Assembly: GCA_001805965.1 (NCBI GenBank)
Contig: MHHG01000052.1
Coordinates: 13,930-77,929, forward strand
DNA: 64,000 bases
Direction: 5' to 3'
Origin: Omnitrophica WOR_2 bacterium RIFOXYA2_FULL_38_17
Lineage (GTDB): Bacteria; Omnitrophota; Gorgyraeia; Zapsychrales; Zapsychraceae
The translations under genes and the position numbers were made by a program. This document shows positions 47,993 to 57,341 of this stretch, one piece after another (within the stretch, counting starts at the first letter, position 1; every line of letters begins with the position of its first letter). The notes beneath the pieces are model-generated. The model was not told where the DNA came from and searched no databases. It worked only from the letters and a program-made list of their open reading frames with translations.

Positions 47993-48984
47993 ATAAATTG
48001 ACATGTCCAAGTTGTAAATCTGCTGATTGTCGTTTTCTTGATGATTATCGATATTTTAAGTCTGAAGACCGCAAATATCTTGGGGATATGAAAGTTTATC
48101 AGTGTCAGAGTTGTAGTCTTGGGTTCAACAGCCCGATGCCCGATAAGGCGGCATTAGATCTTTATTTTAAAATTGTTTATCGTCAATCGAATCGACCGCA
48201 TTTTAAAAAAGATCCACGAAAAGCAGAAATTTTGTTATGGCAGAAAGCTCAGTATGCCTACATGTCTCAATTTTGTGATTTTGATAAACTTCAATCGATT
48301 GCAGATTATGGCGCAGGATACGGCATGTTATTGCGAGAAATAAAACTTCACCATCCTGATATTAAAATGTCAGCATATGATCCTGATGTGCAAAGTCTTG
48401 AGTATTTGAAGTCTTTTGATATTGAAACATATGATCTTTTTAAGTGTTTGGATTCTGCAGAGAGTAAGAATAAATATGATTTAATTATTGCTTCGGGCAG
48501 TATTATGTATGATTCTAATCCACACTGCTTCTTTGATTTTGCAAATAAAAATTTATCAGAAAAGGGAAAGGTTTTTTTAGAAGTGCCCAATCATGTGTTT
48601 TCTGATGATTCGTATACAAAAAGACCATATGATGGTCCAGTAATGTTTTATTTTTCGATAGATTCGTTAAAAAAACTTGTGGATGTTAATAATTTGGAAT
48701 TGGAACACATAACAACTGCAAGCACGGAACTTGATGATGCATTACAATATAGATTGAATCAGTATAATGCTTTTAATCAAAAAGAAGAATCCTTTATTGC
48801 TAAGATTATGAAAGGTTTTAAATCAAAATTGAAGATGATGATACCTAAACGCATTAAAAAAGCAATAAAAGCTTTACTTTATGATGAAGACTTGGATATT
48901 GCTAAGAAATTGGCACCATTTGAGTATGGTGGGAAGCGATGGACAATACGATGTATTATTACAAGGAATTTGAAAAGTGAATAA
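47989..48984 (+). CDS. Class I SAM methyltransferase with N-terminal Zn-ribbon (paralog of the 41621 gene)
   Basis: CPSCKS...CQSCSLGF ribbon; DYGAGYGMLL motif I. Confidence 0.65.
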   Translation: MNKLTCPSCKSADCRFLDDYRYFKSEDRKYLGDMKVYQCQSCSLGFNSPMPDKAALDLYFKIVYRQSNRPHFKKDPRKAEILLWQKAQYAYMSQFCDFDKLQSIADYGAGYGMLLREIKLHHPDIKMSAYDPDVQSLEYLKSFDIETYDLFKCLDSAESKNKYDLIIASGSIMYDSNPHCFFDFANKNLSEKGKVFLEVPNHVFSDDSYTKRPYDGPVMFYFSIDSLKKLVDVNNLELEHITTASTELDDALQYRLNQYNAFNQKEESFIAKIMKGFKSKLKMMIPKRIKKAIKALLYDEDLDIAKKLAPFEYGGKRWTIRCIITRNLKSE

Positions 48985-51166
48985 AGATATAAAAAAAGAA
49001 ATACTGTGTACGATTGGGCCTGCATCAAGGAATGAAAAGGTTATTAAGCGTCTTGAAGATTTGGGAGTTACATTGTTTAGAATAAATTTGTCTCACACTA
49101 GTATTGATGATTTGGCCGAAGTTATTGAATTTATTCAAAAGCTTACAACAGTCCCAATCTGTTTGGACACAGAGGGTGCTCAAGTACGAACAGGCAAATT
49201 AAAAGAAACCTCTCTTAATGTTAACATAGGACAGTTGATACAGATTCCGTTTGAGCAGATTGTTGGTGATGAAACAAAATTTAATTTTTATCCAGCTGAT
49301 ATAGCAAAGAAATGTCAGGTAGGTGATATTATTAGTATTGATTTTAACTCTGTATTAATTCAGGTTATTGAACAAGGAGAGAAGGCGTTAACTGCGCGTG
49401 TTATAACAGGTGGAAAGCTTGGACAAAATAAGGCTGTTAGTATTGACCGTGAAATTGCTATGACAGCATTAACAGAAAAGGATCTAAACAGTATAGAAAT
49501 TGGTTTAAAGATGGGGATTAATCATTTTGCCCTTTCTTTTGCAAATAAGGGTGAAGATGTGAAGTTGATTAGATCTCTTGTTGGGAAGAATAAGTTTATA
49601 ATTTCAAAGATTGAATCCTGTCAAGGGGTAAACAATTTGGAGGCGATAGCGAAGCAATCGGATGCGATCCTTATAGACCGGGGGGATTTATCCCGTCAAA
49701 TTCCTATTGAACAGGTGCCAAGAGTTCAGAAGGAGATAGGACAAAGGATAAAGCATTTTGAAACAAAATTTTATATTGCTACGAATTTGCTTGAAACTAT
49801 GATTGAATCTTCTGTTCCAACTCGGGCAGAAGTAAATGATGTTTTTAATTCTTTAGTTGATGGGGTTGACGGTCTTGTTTTAGCAGCAGAGACTGCTATC
49901 GGAAAATATCCAATTGAAAGTGCAGTTATGATTTCGAAGATGATTGCTGAGTATGGAGAATTTAAGAAGGGACGTAGCTTTAGTTCAGAGGAATTACACC
50001 GAAAAGGATCTTTGTTTTTGGTTGAACCTCATGGTGGAGTTTTGGTTGAGCGCTTTTCTAAAGATAACTTAGGCAAAATTCAGGAGATGCGTAAATTAAT
50101 CGTTAGCCATGAAGATATTATAAATGCAGAGCAAATTGCAGTAGGATCATTTTCCCCTTTGGAGGGTTTTATGGGTAAGGAGGAGCTGGAAAGTGTTTTA
50201 AAGGATATGCGCCTTCCTGGTGGATTAGTATGGCCGCTACCGATTCTACTTCAAATTAAAGATGAAAAAGCAAAAGATTTAAAAGTAGGTAAAAGTTTTG
50301 CTTTATGTGTAGAGGGTGAAGAAGATGTTTATGCGGTTTTGCATTTGGATGAAATATTTAATTATGATTTAGATAAAATCGCAACTGAAGTATTTCATAC
50401 GACTGAGGAAGCTCACCCTGGGGTTAGAAAGTTAATGCACAATGGGAATTGTTTTTTAGGTGGGAAAATTGATTTGGTAAAAAGATTTCCTTCTTCTTTA
50501 AAATATTTTGAGTTGACCCCTAAGCAGACTAGGTTGATTTTTGAGAATAAGGGTTGGAGTCGGATCGTTGGATTTCATACGCGAAATGTTGTACATAGGG
50601 CTCATGAATTTATTCAATTGGAGGCGTTTGAAAGGTTACATTGTGATGGCCTTTTTATTCATCCTTTGGTGGGGCCTAAAAAGAGTGGTGATTTTAATCC
50701 AGATATTATTTGTAAGTGTTATGACTTAATGGTTAGCCAGTTTTATCCAAAAGGAAAAGTTCTTTTGGGTGCATTTCAAAATTATCCTCGTTATTCTGGG
50801 CCAAGGGAAGCTGTTTTTACAGCTATTTGCCGAAAGAATTTTGGATGTTCTCATTTTATTGTTGGGCGGGATCATTCTGGCGTAGGTAATTATTATCAAA
50901 AAGATGGCGCGCATAAATTGTTCGATGAGCTTGGTTACATAGGTATTAAGCCTATATATTTTAATGAGGTTCATTATTGTTTGAAGTGTGATCAATATGT
51001 TGAGAGTTGTTCTCATTCAGAAAGTAATATTCTTCAAATAAGTGGTACCCAATGTCGGGAAATGTTTAAAAAAAGTAAAATTCCTCCAGCATGGTTTATG
51101 AGGGAAGAAATCTCTAGAATGATTATAAGTGATATTAATGATGGTAAGGAAGTATTTGTGGAATGA
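48977..51166 (+). CDS. Fusion protein: N-terminal pyruvate-kinase barrel domain joined to C-terminal sulfate adenylyltransferase (ATP sulfurylase)
   Basis: N-terminal ~340 aa carries PK signatures (ILCTIGPAS, LFRINLSH, ICLDTEGAQVRTG, IISKIESCQGVNNLEAI, ILIDRGDLS, LVLAAETAIGKYP). The C-terminus carries ATP-sulfurylase signatures (GFHTRNVVHRAHEFIQ, HPLVGPKKSGD, GRDHSGVG). GTG start. Confidence 0.8.
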   Translation: MNKDIKKEILCTIGPASRNEKVIKRLEDLGVTLFRINLSHTSIDDLAEVIEFIQKLTTVPICLDTEGAQVRTGKLKETSLNVNIGQLIQIPFEQIVGDETKFNFYPADIAKKCQVGDIISIDFNSVLIQVIEQGEKALTARVITGGKLGQNKAVSIDREIAMTALTEKDLNSIEIGLKMGINHFALSFANKGEDVKLIRSLVGKNKFIISKIESCQGVNNLEAIAKQSDAILIDRGDLSRQIPIEQVPRVQKEIGQRIKHFETKFYIATNLLETMIESSVPTRAEVNDVFNSLVDGVDGLVLAAETAIGKYPIESAVMISKMIAEYGEFKKGRSFSSEELHRKGSLFLVEPHGGVLVERFSKDNLGKIQEMRKLIVSHEDIINAEQIAVGSFSPLEGFMGKEELESVLKDMRLPGGLVWPLPILLQIKDEKAKDLKVGKSFALCVEGEEDVYAVLHLDEIFNYDLDKIATEVFHTTEEAHPGVRKLMHNGNCFLGGKIDLVKRFPSSLKYFELTPKQTRLIFENKGWSRIVGFHTRNVVHRAHEFIQLEAFERLHCDGLFIHPLVGPKKSGDFNPDIICKCYDLMVSQFYPKGKVLLGAFQNYPRYSGPREAVFTAICRKNFGCSHFIVGRDHSGVGNYYQKDGAHKLFDELGYIGIKPIYFNEVHYCLKCDQYVESCSHSESNILQISGTQCREMFKKSKIPPAWFMREEISRMIISDINDGKEVFVE

Positions 51167-51702
51167 AAAGCGCGTTGATATTTTGGTTTAGTGGATTGTC
51201 TGGTTCGGGAAAAACAACAATAGCCCAAACAGTAAAAGTATTACTTGAGAAAGAAGGGCGTTCAGTTTTAATTTTAGATGGCGATGATGTAAGGGAGAGA
51301 TTCCATAAAAATTTGGGGTTTAACGTAGAAGATATAAAAGAGAATAATCGTTTGATCTCTGAGCTGTGTCACGAAAATAAGGATTTGTTTGATATAATTT
51401 TGGTTCCGATCATTTCTCCTTATAAAGAATCCAGGGAAAAGGCAAGAGAGTTATTAAATAATAAATTTTATGAAGTTTATGTTTCGGCGTCGCTTAAAAC
51501 AGTTATTGCTCGTGATACTAAAGGATTATATGCAAAAGCAGCTTCTGGATTGATAGATAATTTGATTGGTTACTCGAAGAATACAATATATGAAGAACCT
51601 AAGGATGCTGATCTTGTTATTAATTCAAATTATCAGAGTGTTGAGCAGTCAGTTAAAATGCTATACGAATTTGTTATTAAACAATTAAAGATTTTAAGTT
51701 GA
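51163..51702 (+). CDS. cysC: Adenylyl-sulfate (APS) kinase
   Basis: IFWFSGLSGSGKTTIA P-loop in the APS-kinase context, 179 aa, translationally coupled to the sulfurylase. Confidence 0.88.
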   Translation: MKSALIFWFSGLSGSGKTTIAQTVKVLLEKEGRSVLILDGDDVRERFHKNLGFNVEDIKENNRLISELCHENKDLFDIILVPIISPYKESREKARELLNNKFYEVYVSASLKTVIARDTKGLYAKAASGLIDNLIGYSKNTIYEEPKDADLVINSNYQSVEQSVKMLYEFVIKQLKILS

Positions 51703-52883
51703 AAACACTCGGTATATTTATGAAAGACTATAAAAAGTTAATGGATGTTTTGCTGCAGTTGCCAGCTTGTTCCCTCATTACAACAGGTAGAACTGGTTCT
51801 GATTTCTTACAAAGTTTATTTGATTCCCATGAACAAGTGCTTACTTATAATGGGGACTTTTTGTTTCATCAGTTTTGGAAAGAATCACTTTGTGTATCAT
51901 CTGGAAAATTTGATTTGAATGATCTTATTGCAGAATTTATTGGCAAGCATATTGAAACGCTTAAATCAAAATATGATTTGTTTGAACGAAAACATGAACT
52001 GGGAGAAGAAGGTGATCAAAGTATTGATATTGATTTAGAATTGTTTAGAGTACACATTGTTGGTTTGATTAGTGATAGAGAAGTTAATTCAAAGAATATT
52101 TTATTAGCGGTTAATGGTGCATATGCTTTGTGTTTAGGACAGGATTTACTTAATAAAAAGTTATTCTTACATCATAATCATCATTCTTCTAGCCTAAAAA
52201 GTTATTTAGTTGATTTTCCTGATAGCAAGATTATTTGTATGACGCGAGATCCTAGGGCTAATTTTGTGTCAGGTATTACACATTGGGCAAAGCATGACAA
52301 AGATAGTGATAGAGGAGCACATCTTTATTTTTATATTGAGAGGATATTGCTTGATGCACAATTTTTAAATGAATTTAAGAATGATTCAAGGGTGATCAAA
52401 ATCGAAGAGCTTGGAGAGAAAATAGTTTTGGAGAAATTATGTGATTGGTTAGGCGTTGAGTATAGTGAAACTCTTGAAGAATCAACTTGGGGAGGAATGC
52501 TTTGGAAGGGAGATAAGCTCTCAACGAGAAAGAAGGAAGGGCGAGGGTTTTCTGCAAATATTTTAAAAAATAATTGGAATGAAAAATTAAGTTTTATTGA
52601 TAAGTATATTTTTAATTTTATTACGAATAAAAGGTTAAAATATTATGGATATCAAGTGCGTCCTATTAGAAAAATAGATTATTTTTTGGTTCCAATTCTT
52701 ATATTCTTGCCGTTAAGGTTTGAATTGAGATATTTTAAACTGTCATATTTGTTAAATAATAGGACTCTTTTTCTTAGTAATTTATATTATTTTGTGAAGA
52801 GGATTGGCCTTTTCTTGAAATATTACATTCGAGAAATTAAATCTCACGATTACTTAAGTAAAAAATTAAGATTAAATAATTGA
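51699..52883 (+). CDS. Putative PAPS-dependent sulfotransferase
   Basis: N-terminal ITTGRTGSDFLQSLF resembles the 5'-phosphosulfate-binding loop of sulfotransferases; genomic context (sat-cysC immediately upstream). Confidence 0.45.
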   Translation: MKTLGIFMKDYKKLMDVLLQLPACSLITTGRTGSDFLQSLFDSHEQVLTYNGDFLFHQFWKESLCVSSGKFDLNDLIAEFIGKHIETLKSKYDLFERKHELGEEGDQSIDIDLELFRVHIVGLISDREVNSKNILLAVNGAYALCLGQDLLNKKLFLHHNHHSSSLKSYLVDFPDSKIICMTRDPRANFVSGITHWAKHDKDSDRGAHLYFYIERILLDAQFLNEFKNDSRVIKIEELGEKIVLEKLCDWLGVEYSETLEESTWGGMLWKGDKLSTRKKEGRGFSANILKNNWNEKLSFIDKYIFNFITNKRLKYYGYQVRPIRKIDYFLVPILIFLPLRFELRYFKLSYLLNNRTLFLSNLYYFVKRIGLFLKYYIREIKSHDYLSKKLRLNN

Positions 52884-52907
52884 AGTCTTTCTAGGAGGGA
52901 ATAGAGC

Positions 52908-53819
52908 GTGAAAGAAGTTTTTATATCTACATCAACTTTTGCCAAGTATTCAAAAGAACCTATCGATTTGTTAGAAAGAGAGGGTTATAAAGTTAGTCTC
53001 AACCCTACCGGACAAAAAATGACGACTGATGATATTATGAAATACGGCAAGGATGCAGTGGGCCTGATCGCTGGAACAGAAAAATTAAATGCGGATGTGT
53101 TAAAAGCGCTTCCTAATCTTAAAGTTATTTCAAGATGTGGTGTTGGTTTGGATAATGTTGATTTGAATGCTGCTGAAGACTTAAATATTTGGGTTGTTAA
53201 TACACCTGACGGGCCAACACTTGCTGTTGCGGAATTGACTATAGGATTAATATTAAGCCTTATAAGAAATGTTGTGTGGATGGATAAAGACATTCGAAAG
53301 GGAATTTGGAAAAAGAGAATGGGTAACTTGCTTTTTAATAAGCGAGTTGGGGTGATTGGGTGTGGAAGAATTGGTCGAAAGGTTGTTGAATTATTGAAAG
53401 TGTTTAACTGTGAGATTTCTTATTCTGATCCTTATGTCGATTGTGAAATCCTTGGGCTGAAGAAAATGGATTTAGAAGAATTATTGAAATGGTCAGATCT
53501 TGTAACAATACATTCCTCTGGAAGCAGTGTCTTAATTAATGAGAAGCAACTGGATTTAATGAAAAAAGGAGCATGGATCGTAAGTGTGGCACGTGGTGGT
53601 GTTGTCGATCAAAGAGCCCTTTATGAATCATTGCGAAGCGGATACTTGGGTGGTGCGGCTTTAGATGTTTTTGATGAAGAACCATATAGTGGTATGTTGA
53701 AGCACTTAGATAATGTTATCTTGACGCCTCATGTTGGGTCTTATGCAAAAGAGGCGAGAGTAAAAATGGAAATAGAATCAGCAGTAAATTTAATTAATAA
53801 GCTTAAAGACTGTTTATAA
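52908..53819 (+). CDS. D-isomer-specific 2-hydroxyacid dehydrogenase (glycerate/phosphoglycerate-dehydrogenase-like)
   Basis: GVIGCGRIGRKV NAD-binding motif, catalytic R/E/H region (SVARGGVVD...TPHVGS). Confidence 0.8.
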   Translation: MKEVFISTSTFAKYSKEPIDLLEREGYKVSLNPTGQKMTTDDIMKYGKDAVGLIAGTEKLNADVLKALPNLKVISRCGVGLDNVDLNAAEDLNIWVVNTPDGPTLAVAELTIGLILSLIRNVVWMDKDIRKGIWKKRMGNLLFNKRVGVIGCGRIGRKVVELLKVFNCEISYSDPYVDCEILGLKKMDLEELLKWSDLVTIHSSGSSVLINEKQLDLMKKGAWIVSVARGGVVDQRALYESLRSGYLGGAALDVFDEEPYSGMLKHLDNVILTPHVGSYAKEARVKMEIESAVNLINKLKDCL

Positions 53820-53834
53820 TAGGAGGTCAAATAT

Positions 53835-54275
53835 ATGACTGATAATAAAATCAGTGATAAAGATGTAAGTCATGTATTAAAAGATGATGGAGTTCATACG
53901 GTTTTGATAGGAGAAGAGTATGAAAATATTTCATGTACGGATCTTGAAACAATTAAAAAAAGATGTGGCACACCACCATGGGCTGTAAGGATTGTTTATA
54001 ATGAATTATTTGGCGGAGTTTTAATATGTCAAAAGCCAGGAGAAGGAAATAGGCTTCATTATCATCCTGATGCGGATGAATGTTGGGTTATTATGGAAGG
54101 CCAATGGGAATGGTATATTGAGGGTGAAGGAACAAAAAAAGTTAAGGAAAAAGATATTGTTGTTGTAAAAAAAGGCACGGATCATAAGATTACTTGTATA
54201 GGAGATGTTCCGGGGATACGCTTTGCTGTAACCGCTCCTGATGTAAATCATGTTTATAGTTCAAAAGGAGAATAG
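53835..54275 (+). CDS. Cupin-domain protein
   Basis: 146-aa ORF with a His-containing conserved-barrel-like motif (HYHPDADECWVIMEG). Confidence 0.5.
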   Translation: MTDNKISDKDVSHVLKDDGVHTVLIGEEYENISCTDLETIKKRCGTPPWAVRIVYNELFGGVLICQKPGEGNRLHYHPDADECWVIMEGQWEWYIEGEGTKKVKEKDIVVVKKGTDHKITCIGDVPGIRFAVTAPDVNHVYSSKGE

Positions 54276-54279
54276 AAAA

Positions 54280-54999
54280 ATGAATATTGATTTTTCTGGA
54301 AAAGTAGCACTTATTGTTGGAGGTACAAGTGGTATAGGGCTTGACTTAGCAAAGCAATTAAGTTCTAGTGGTGCGAAAACTTTTGTTGCTTCTCGCAATG
54401 ACCATGGATCACTGGATAGTATTGGGTTTATTAAGTGTGATGTGAGAGACGAAAAACAGGTTAAAGGCCTTGTTGGTGAAATTATTTCAAAAGAAACCCA
54501 TATCGATATTTTAGTTAATTCAATGGCCATAAATCAATGCAAGCCAATTGAAGAGATATCGCTGGATGATTGGAAAGATGTTGTTGATACTAATATAACT
54601 GGGATATTCTTGCTTTGTAAAGAAGTTATTCCACACATGAAAAAAAGAAAGTACGGAAAGATTGTTAATATTTCTTCTATTGCAGGAAGGCACAGAAGTC
54701 CAGTGAGTGGAGTTCATTATGTAGCTACTAAGGCTGCGATAATTGGGTTTACAAGGCAGTTGGCTTTTGAGGCAGCTCCTTTTGGCATTAATGTTAATGT
54801 GCATTGTCCAAGCCAAACATTGACTCCAATGTTAAAAAGTTCCATGAACAAGGAACAAATAGAGGCTTTGGAGGCAATAATACCTTTGAAGCGGTTGGCT
54901 ACGGTTGAAGAACAAGCTTATGCGGTATTATTTTTGTGTTCAGATATGTCATCATATATGAGTGGTGCTGTTTTGGATGTTAATGGAGGGCAAATATAA
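54280..54999 (+). CDS. SDR-family oxidoreductase (FabG-like)
   Basis: GKVALIVGGTSGIGL and YVATKAAIIGFTRQLA (YxxxK). Start set to the ATG at 54280, preceded by an AAAAGGAGA RBS. Confidence 0.8.
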   Translation: MNIDFSGKVALIVGGTSGIGLDLAKQLSSSGAKTFVASRNDHGSLDSIGFIKCDVRDEKQVKGLVGEIISKETHIDILVNSMAINQCKPIEEISLDDWKDVVDTNITGIFLLCKEVIPHMKKRKYGKIVNISSIAGRHRSPVSGVHYVATKAAIIGFTRQLAFEAAPFGINVNVHCPSQTLTPMLKSSMNKEQIEALEAIIPLKRLATVEEQAYAVLFLCSDMSSYMSGAVLDVNGGQI

Positions 55000-55763
55000 T
55001 GGGTAATAATAAATTTGCTCCACCAGTCGCTTTGTTGATGGGGAGGAAAGGGAGTCAAGGTCTACCGGGAAAAAATTGTATGATATTGTTGGGTAAAAAG
55101 ATAATGCATTATCCTTTGATGGCAGCTAAAACATCAAAATATGTAAAAAACATATTTGTTTCTACTGATGATGACGAAATAGCTGAAGAATCAAAAATTT
55201 TTGGAGCAGAACATATTTTGAGGCCACCTGAATTATGCACAAATAAAGCTCTTTTTGAAGATGCATTGTTACACGGTTTTCATGAAGTGACCAAAAGATT
55301 AGGAAAGATCCCGGAATTTTTAGTTGCTTTAATGTGTAATGCTCCAACGGTCAATGCTCAATTAATTGATGAAGCAATTGAGAAATTAAGAGCAGATGAT
55401 GAAGCTGACTCAGCAGTAACAGTATCAGTGTTCAATATGTGGTCACCAATGAGGGCGAGAAAATTGAATGATCAAGGATATTTGGATCCTTTTATTCCAC
55501 TGGAATTTTGGGGTGATTCATCAAAAGTTAATTGTGATAGAGATTCTCAAGGGAATGTTTATTATGCTGATATGAGTCATTCAGTATGTAAGCCAAGGTG
55601 TTTTGATGATGATATGAAAGATGGTCTTCTTCCACAAAAATGGATGGGGAAGAAAATTCTTCCTGTGAGAAATCCATTTGGTTGTGATATTGATTATGAT
55701 TGGCAAATACCGATGGTTGAATTTTGGCTTGAAAAGTATAGTGATTTTGAAAAAAACAAATAA
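54999..55763 (+). CDS. CMP-sugar cytidylyltransferase-family protein (third paralog)
   Basis: VALLMGRKGSQGLPGKNCMIL N-terminal signature. Confidence 0.7.
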   Translation: MGNNKFAPPVALLMGRKGSQGLPGKNCMILLGKKIMHYPLMAAKTSKYVKNIFVSTDDDEIAEESKIFGAEHILRPPELCTNKALFEDALLHGFHEVTKRLGKIPEFLVALMCNAPTVNAQLIDEAIEKLRADDEADSAVTVSVFNMWSPMRARKLNDQGYLDPFIPLEFWGDSSKVNCDRDSQGNVYYADMSHSVCKPRCFDDDMKDGLLPQKWMGKKILPVRNPFGCDIDYDWQIPMVEFWLEKYSDFEKNK

Positions 55764-55779
55764 TAGAGAGGGATGTTTT

Positions 55780-56424
55780 TTGATTAAAGCAATAATATTT
55801 GATTTTGATGGAGTTATTTGTGAGTCTGCGAATATTAAAACGGAAGCTTTTGGTGAATTGTTTTCTCAATGGCCGGATGTTTCTAATAAAGCGCTTGAAT
55901 ATCATCTTGTAAATACTGGTGTTACTCGATTTCAAAAGTTTCGTTATCTTTATGAAGAATTGTTAAGGCTGGAATATACTGATGAGATTGGAGAGAAATT
56001 AAGTGATGATTTTAGTGCAATTTGTTTTGAAAGAGTTAAGCAAGCGCCGTTTGTAAAAGGAGCACAAGAGTTTTTAGAAGAATATTTTGAGCAATACAAA
56101 TTATTTGTTGCATCTGCTTCACCTCTAGGCGAATTGAAAGAAACTATTAGAGTGAAGAATTTAGAGAAGTATTTTGGCGATATTTATGGGCATCCTAGTT
56201 TAAAAAAAGATGTGGTTAAAGGTATTATGCAGAGTCGCGGGTATAAAAAGTCGGAAGTTGTTTTTGTAGGAGACGGAGAGAGTGATTTAAAAGCAGCAAA
56301 ATGCAATGATGTTTTTTTTGTCTTGAGAAAAACATCAGAAAATGATTATTTGTTTGAGCGATCTAAATACAAAATTGATGACTTAAGTGCATTGAGTGAT
56401 TTAATTTTAAAATTGCCAAATTAA
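55780..56424 (+). CDS. HAD-superfamily hydrolase (phosphatase / beta-PGM-like)
   Basis: AIIFDFDGVI motif I (DxDG), motif IV GDGESD. TTG start at 55780 after an AGAGAGGGA RBS, which removes the overlap with the upstream gene. Confidence 0.7.
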   Translation: MIKAIIFDFDGVICESANIKTEAFGELFSQWPDVSNKALEYHLVNTGVTRFQKFRYLYEELLRLEYTDEIGEKLSDDFSAICFERVKQAPFVKGAQEFLEEYFEQYKLFVASASPLGELKETIRVKNLEKYFGDIYGHPSLKKDVVKGIMQSRGYKKSEVVFVGDGESDLKAAKCNDVFFVLRKTSENDYLFERSKYKIDDLSALSDLILKLPN

Positions 56425-56441
56425 GAAGATCTGGAGGAAAT

Positions 56442-57341
56442 ATGTCAAAAAAAGTTATGGTTTTTGGTGGCTCAGGATTTTTGGGAAGCCATGTAGCTGA
56501 TTGTTTAGTAGAGAAAGGTTATGATGTGTCGATCTATGATATTAAAAAATCTTCTTATTTGACTGAAGGTCAAAAGATGATAGTTGGCGATGTAACAGAT
56601 TATGATAAAGTGATCGAGGTGCTTAAGGGGTTTGATATTGTTTATAATTTTTCTGGAATAGCAGATATTCAGGAGGCTAGTGAAAACCCACTGAATGTTG
56701 TTAAGTTAAATATTTTGGGGAATACGAATATTCTTGAAGCTTGTCGTATTAACAAAGTCAAACGGTTTATTTTTGCAAGTAGCCTTTATGTTTATGGCAA
56801 TCTGGGGTCATTTTATAGAAGCAGCAAGCAGGCTTGTGAATTAATAATTGAGGATTATCAAAAGAAATTTGGATTAGATTTTATTATCTTGCGATATGGT
56901 TCTTTGTATGGTGACAGGGCGACGGGTTTTAATCCATTAAGAGATTTTATTGAACAAGCAATTAAAAAGGGAAAGATTATAAGAAAAGGTAATGGAGAAG
57001 AGATTAGGGAATATATTAATGTTGTCGATGCTGCAAGAAGTAGTGTTGAAGTAATAGAACGGGGTTTTAAAAATGAATATATGATGATATCAGGTAATCA
57101 ATCTATGAAAATTAAAGATATGTTGGAAATGATTAAAGAAATGATGAAGGGTAAAATAAAGATTGAATATAATACACCTGCCCTGGCTGACGAACACTAT
57201 GGAATAACTCCGTATTATTTTCAGCCTAAAGTGGCAAAAAAATATGTGTTGGATAGTTATTATGACCTAGGAGAAGGAATCCTGAGCCTTATTTATAAAA
57301 CACATGAAGAGTTGTTGAATGAAAGAGAGAATGGATATTAA
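56442..57341 (+). CDS. NAD-dependent sugar epimerase/dehydratase
   Basis: VMVFGGSGFLGSHV Rossmann motif; YxxxK (YRSSKQACE). Confidence 0.78.
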   Translation: MSKKVMVFGGSGFLGSHVADCLVEKGYDVSIYDIKKSSYLTEGQKMIVGDVTDYDKVIEVLKGFDIVYNFSGIADIQEASENPLNVVKLNILGNTNILEACRINKVKRFIFASSLYVYGNLGSFYRSSKQACELIIEDYQKKFGLDFIILRYGSLYGDRATGFNPLRDFIEQAIKKGKIIRKGNGEEIREYINVVDAARSSVEVIERGFKNEYMMISGNQSMKIKDMLEMIKEMMKGKIKIEYNTPALADEHYGITPYYFQPKVAKKYVLDSYYDLGEGILSLIYKTHEELLNERENGY

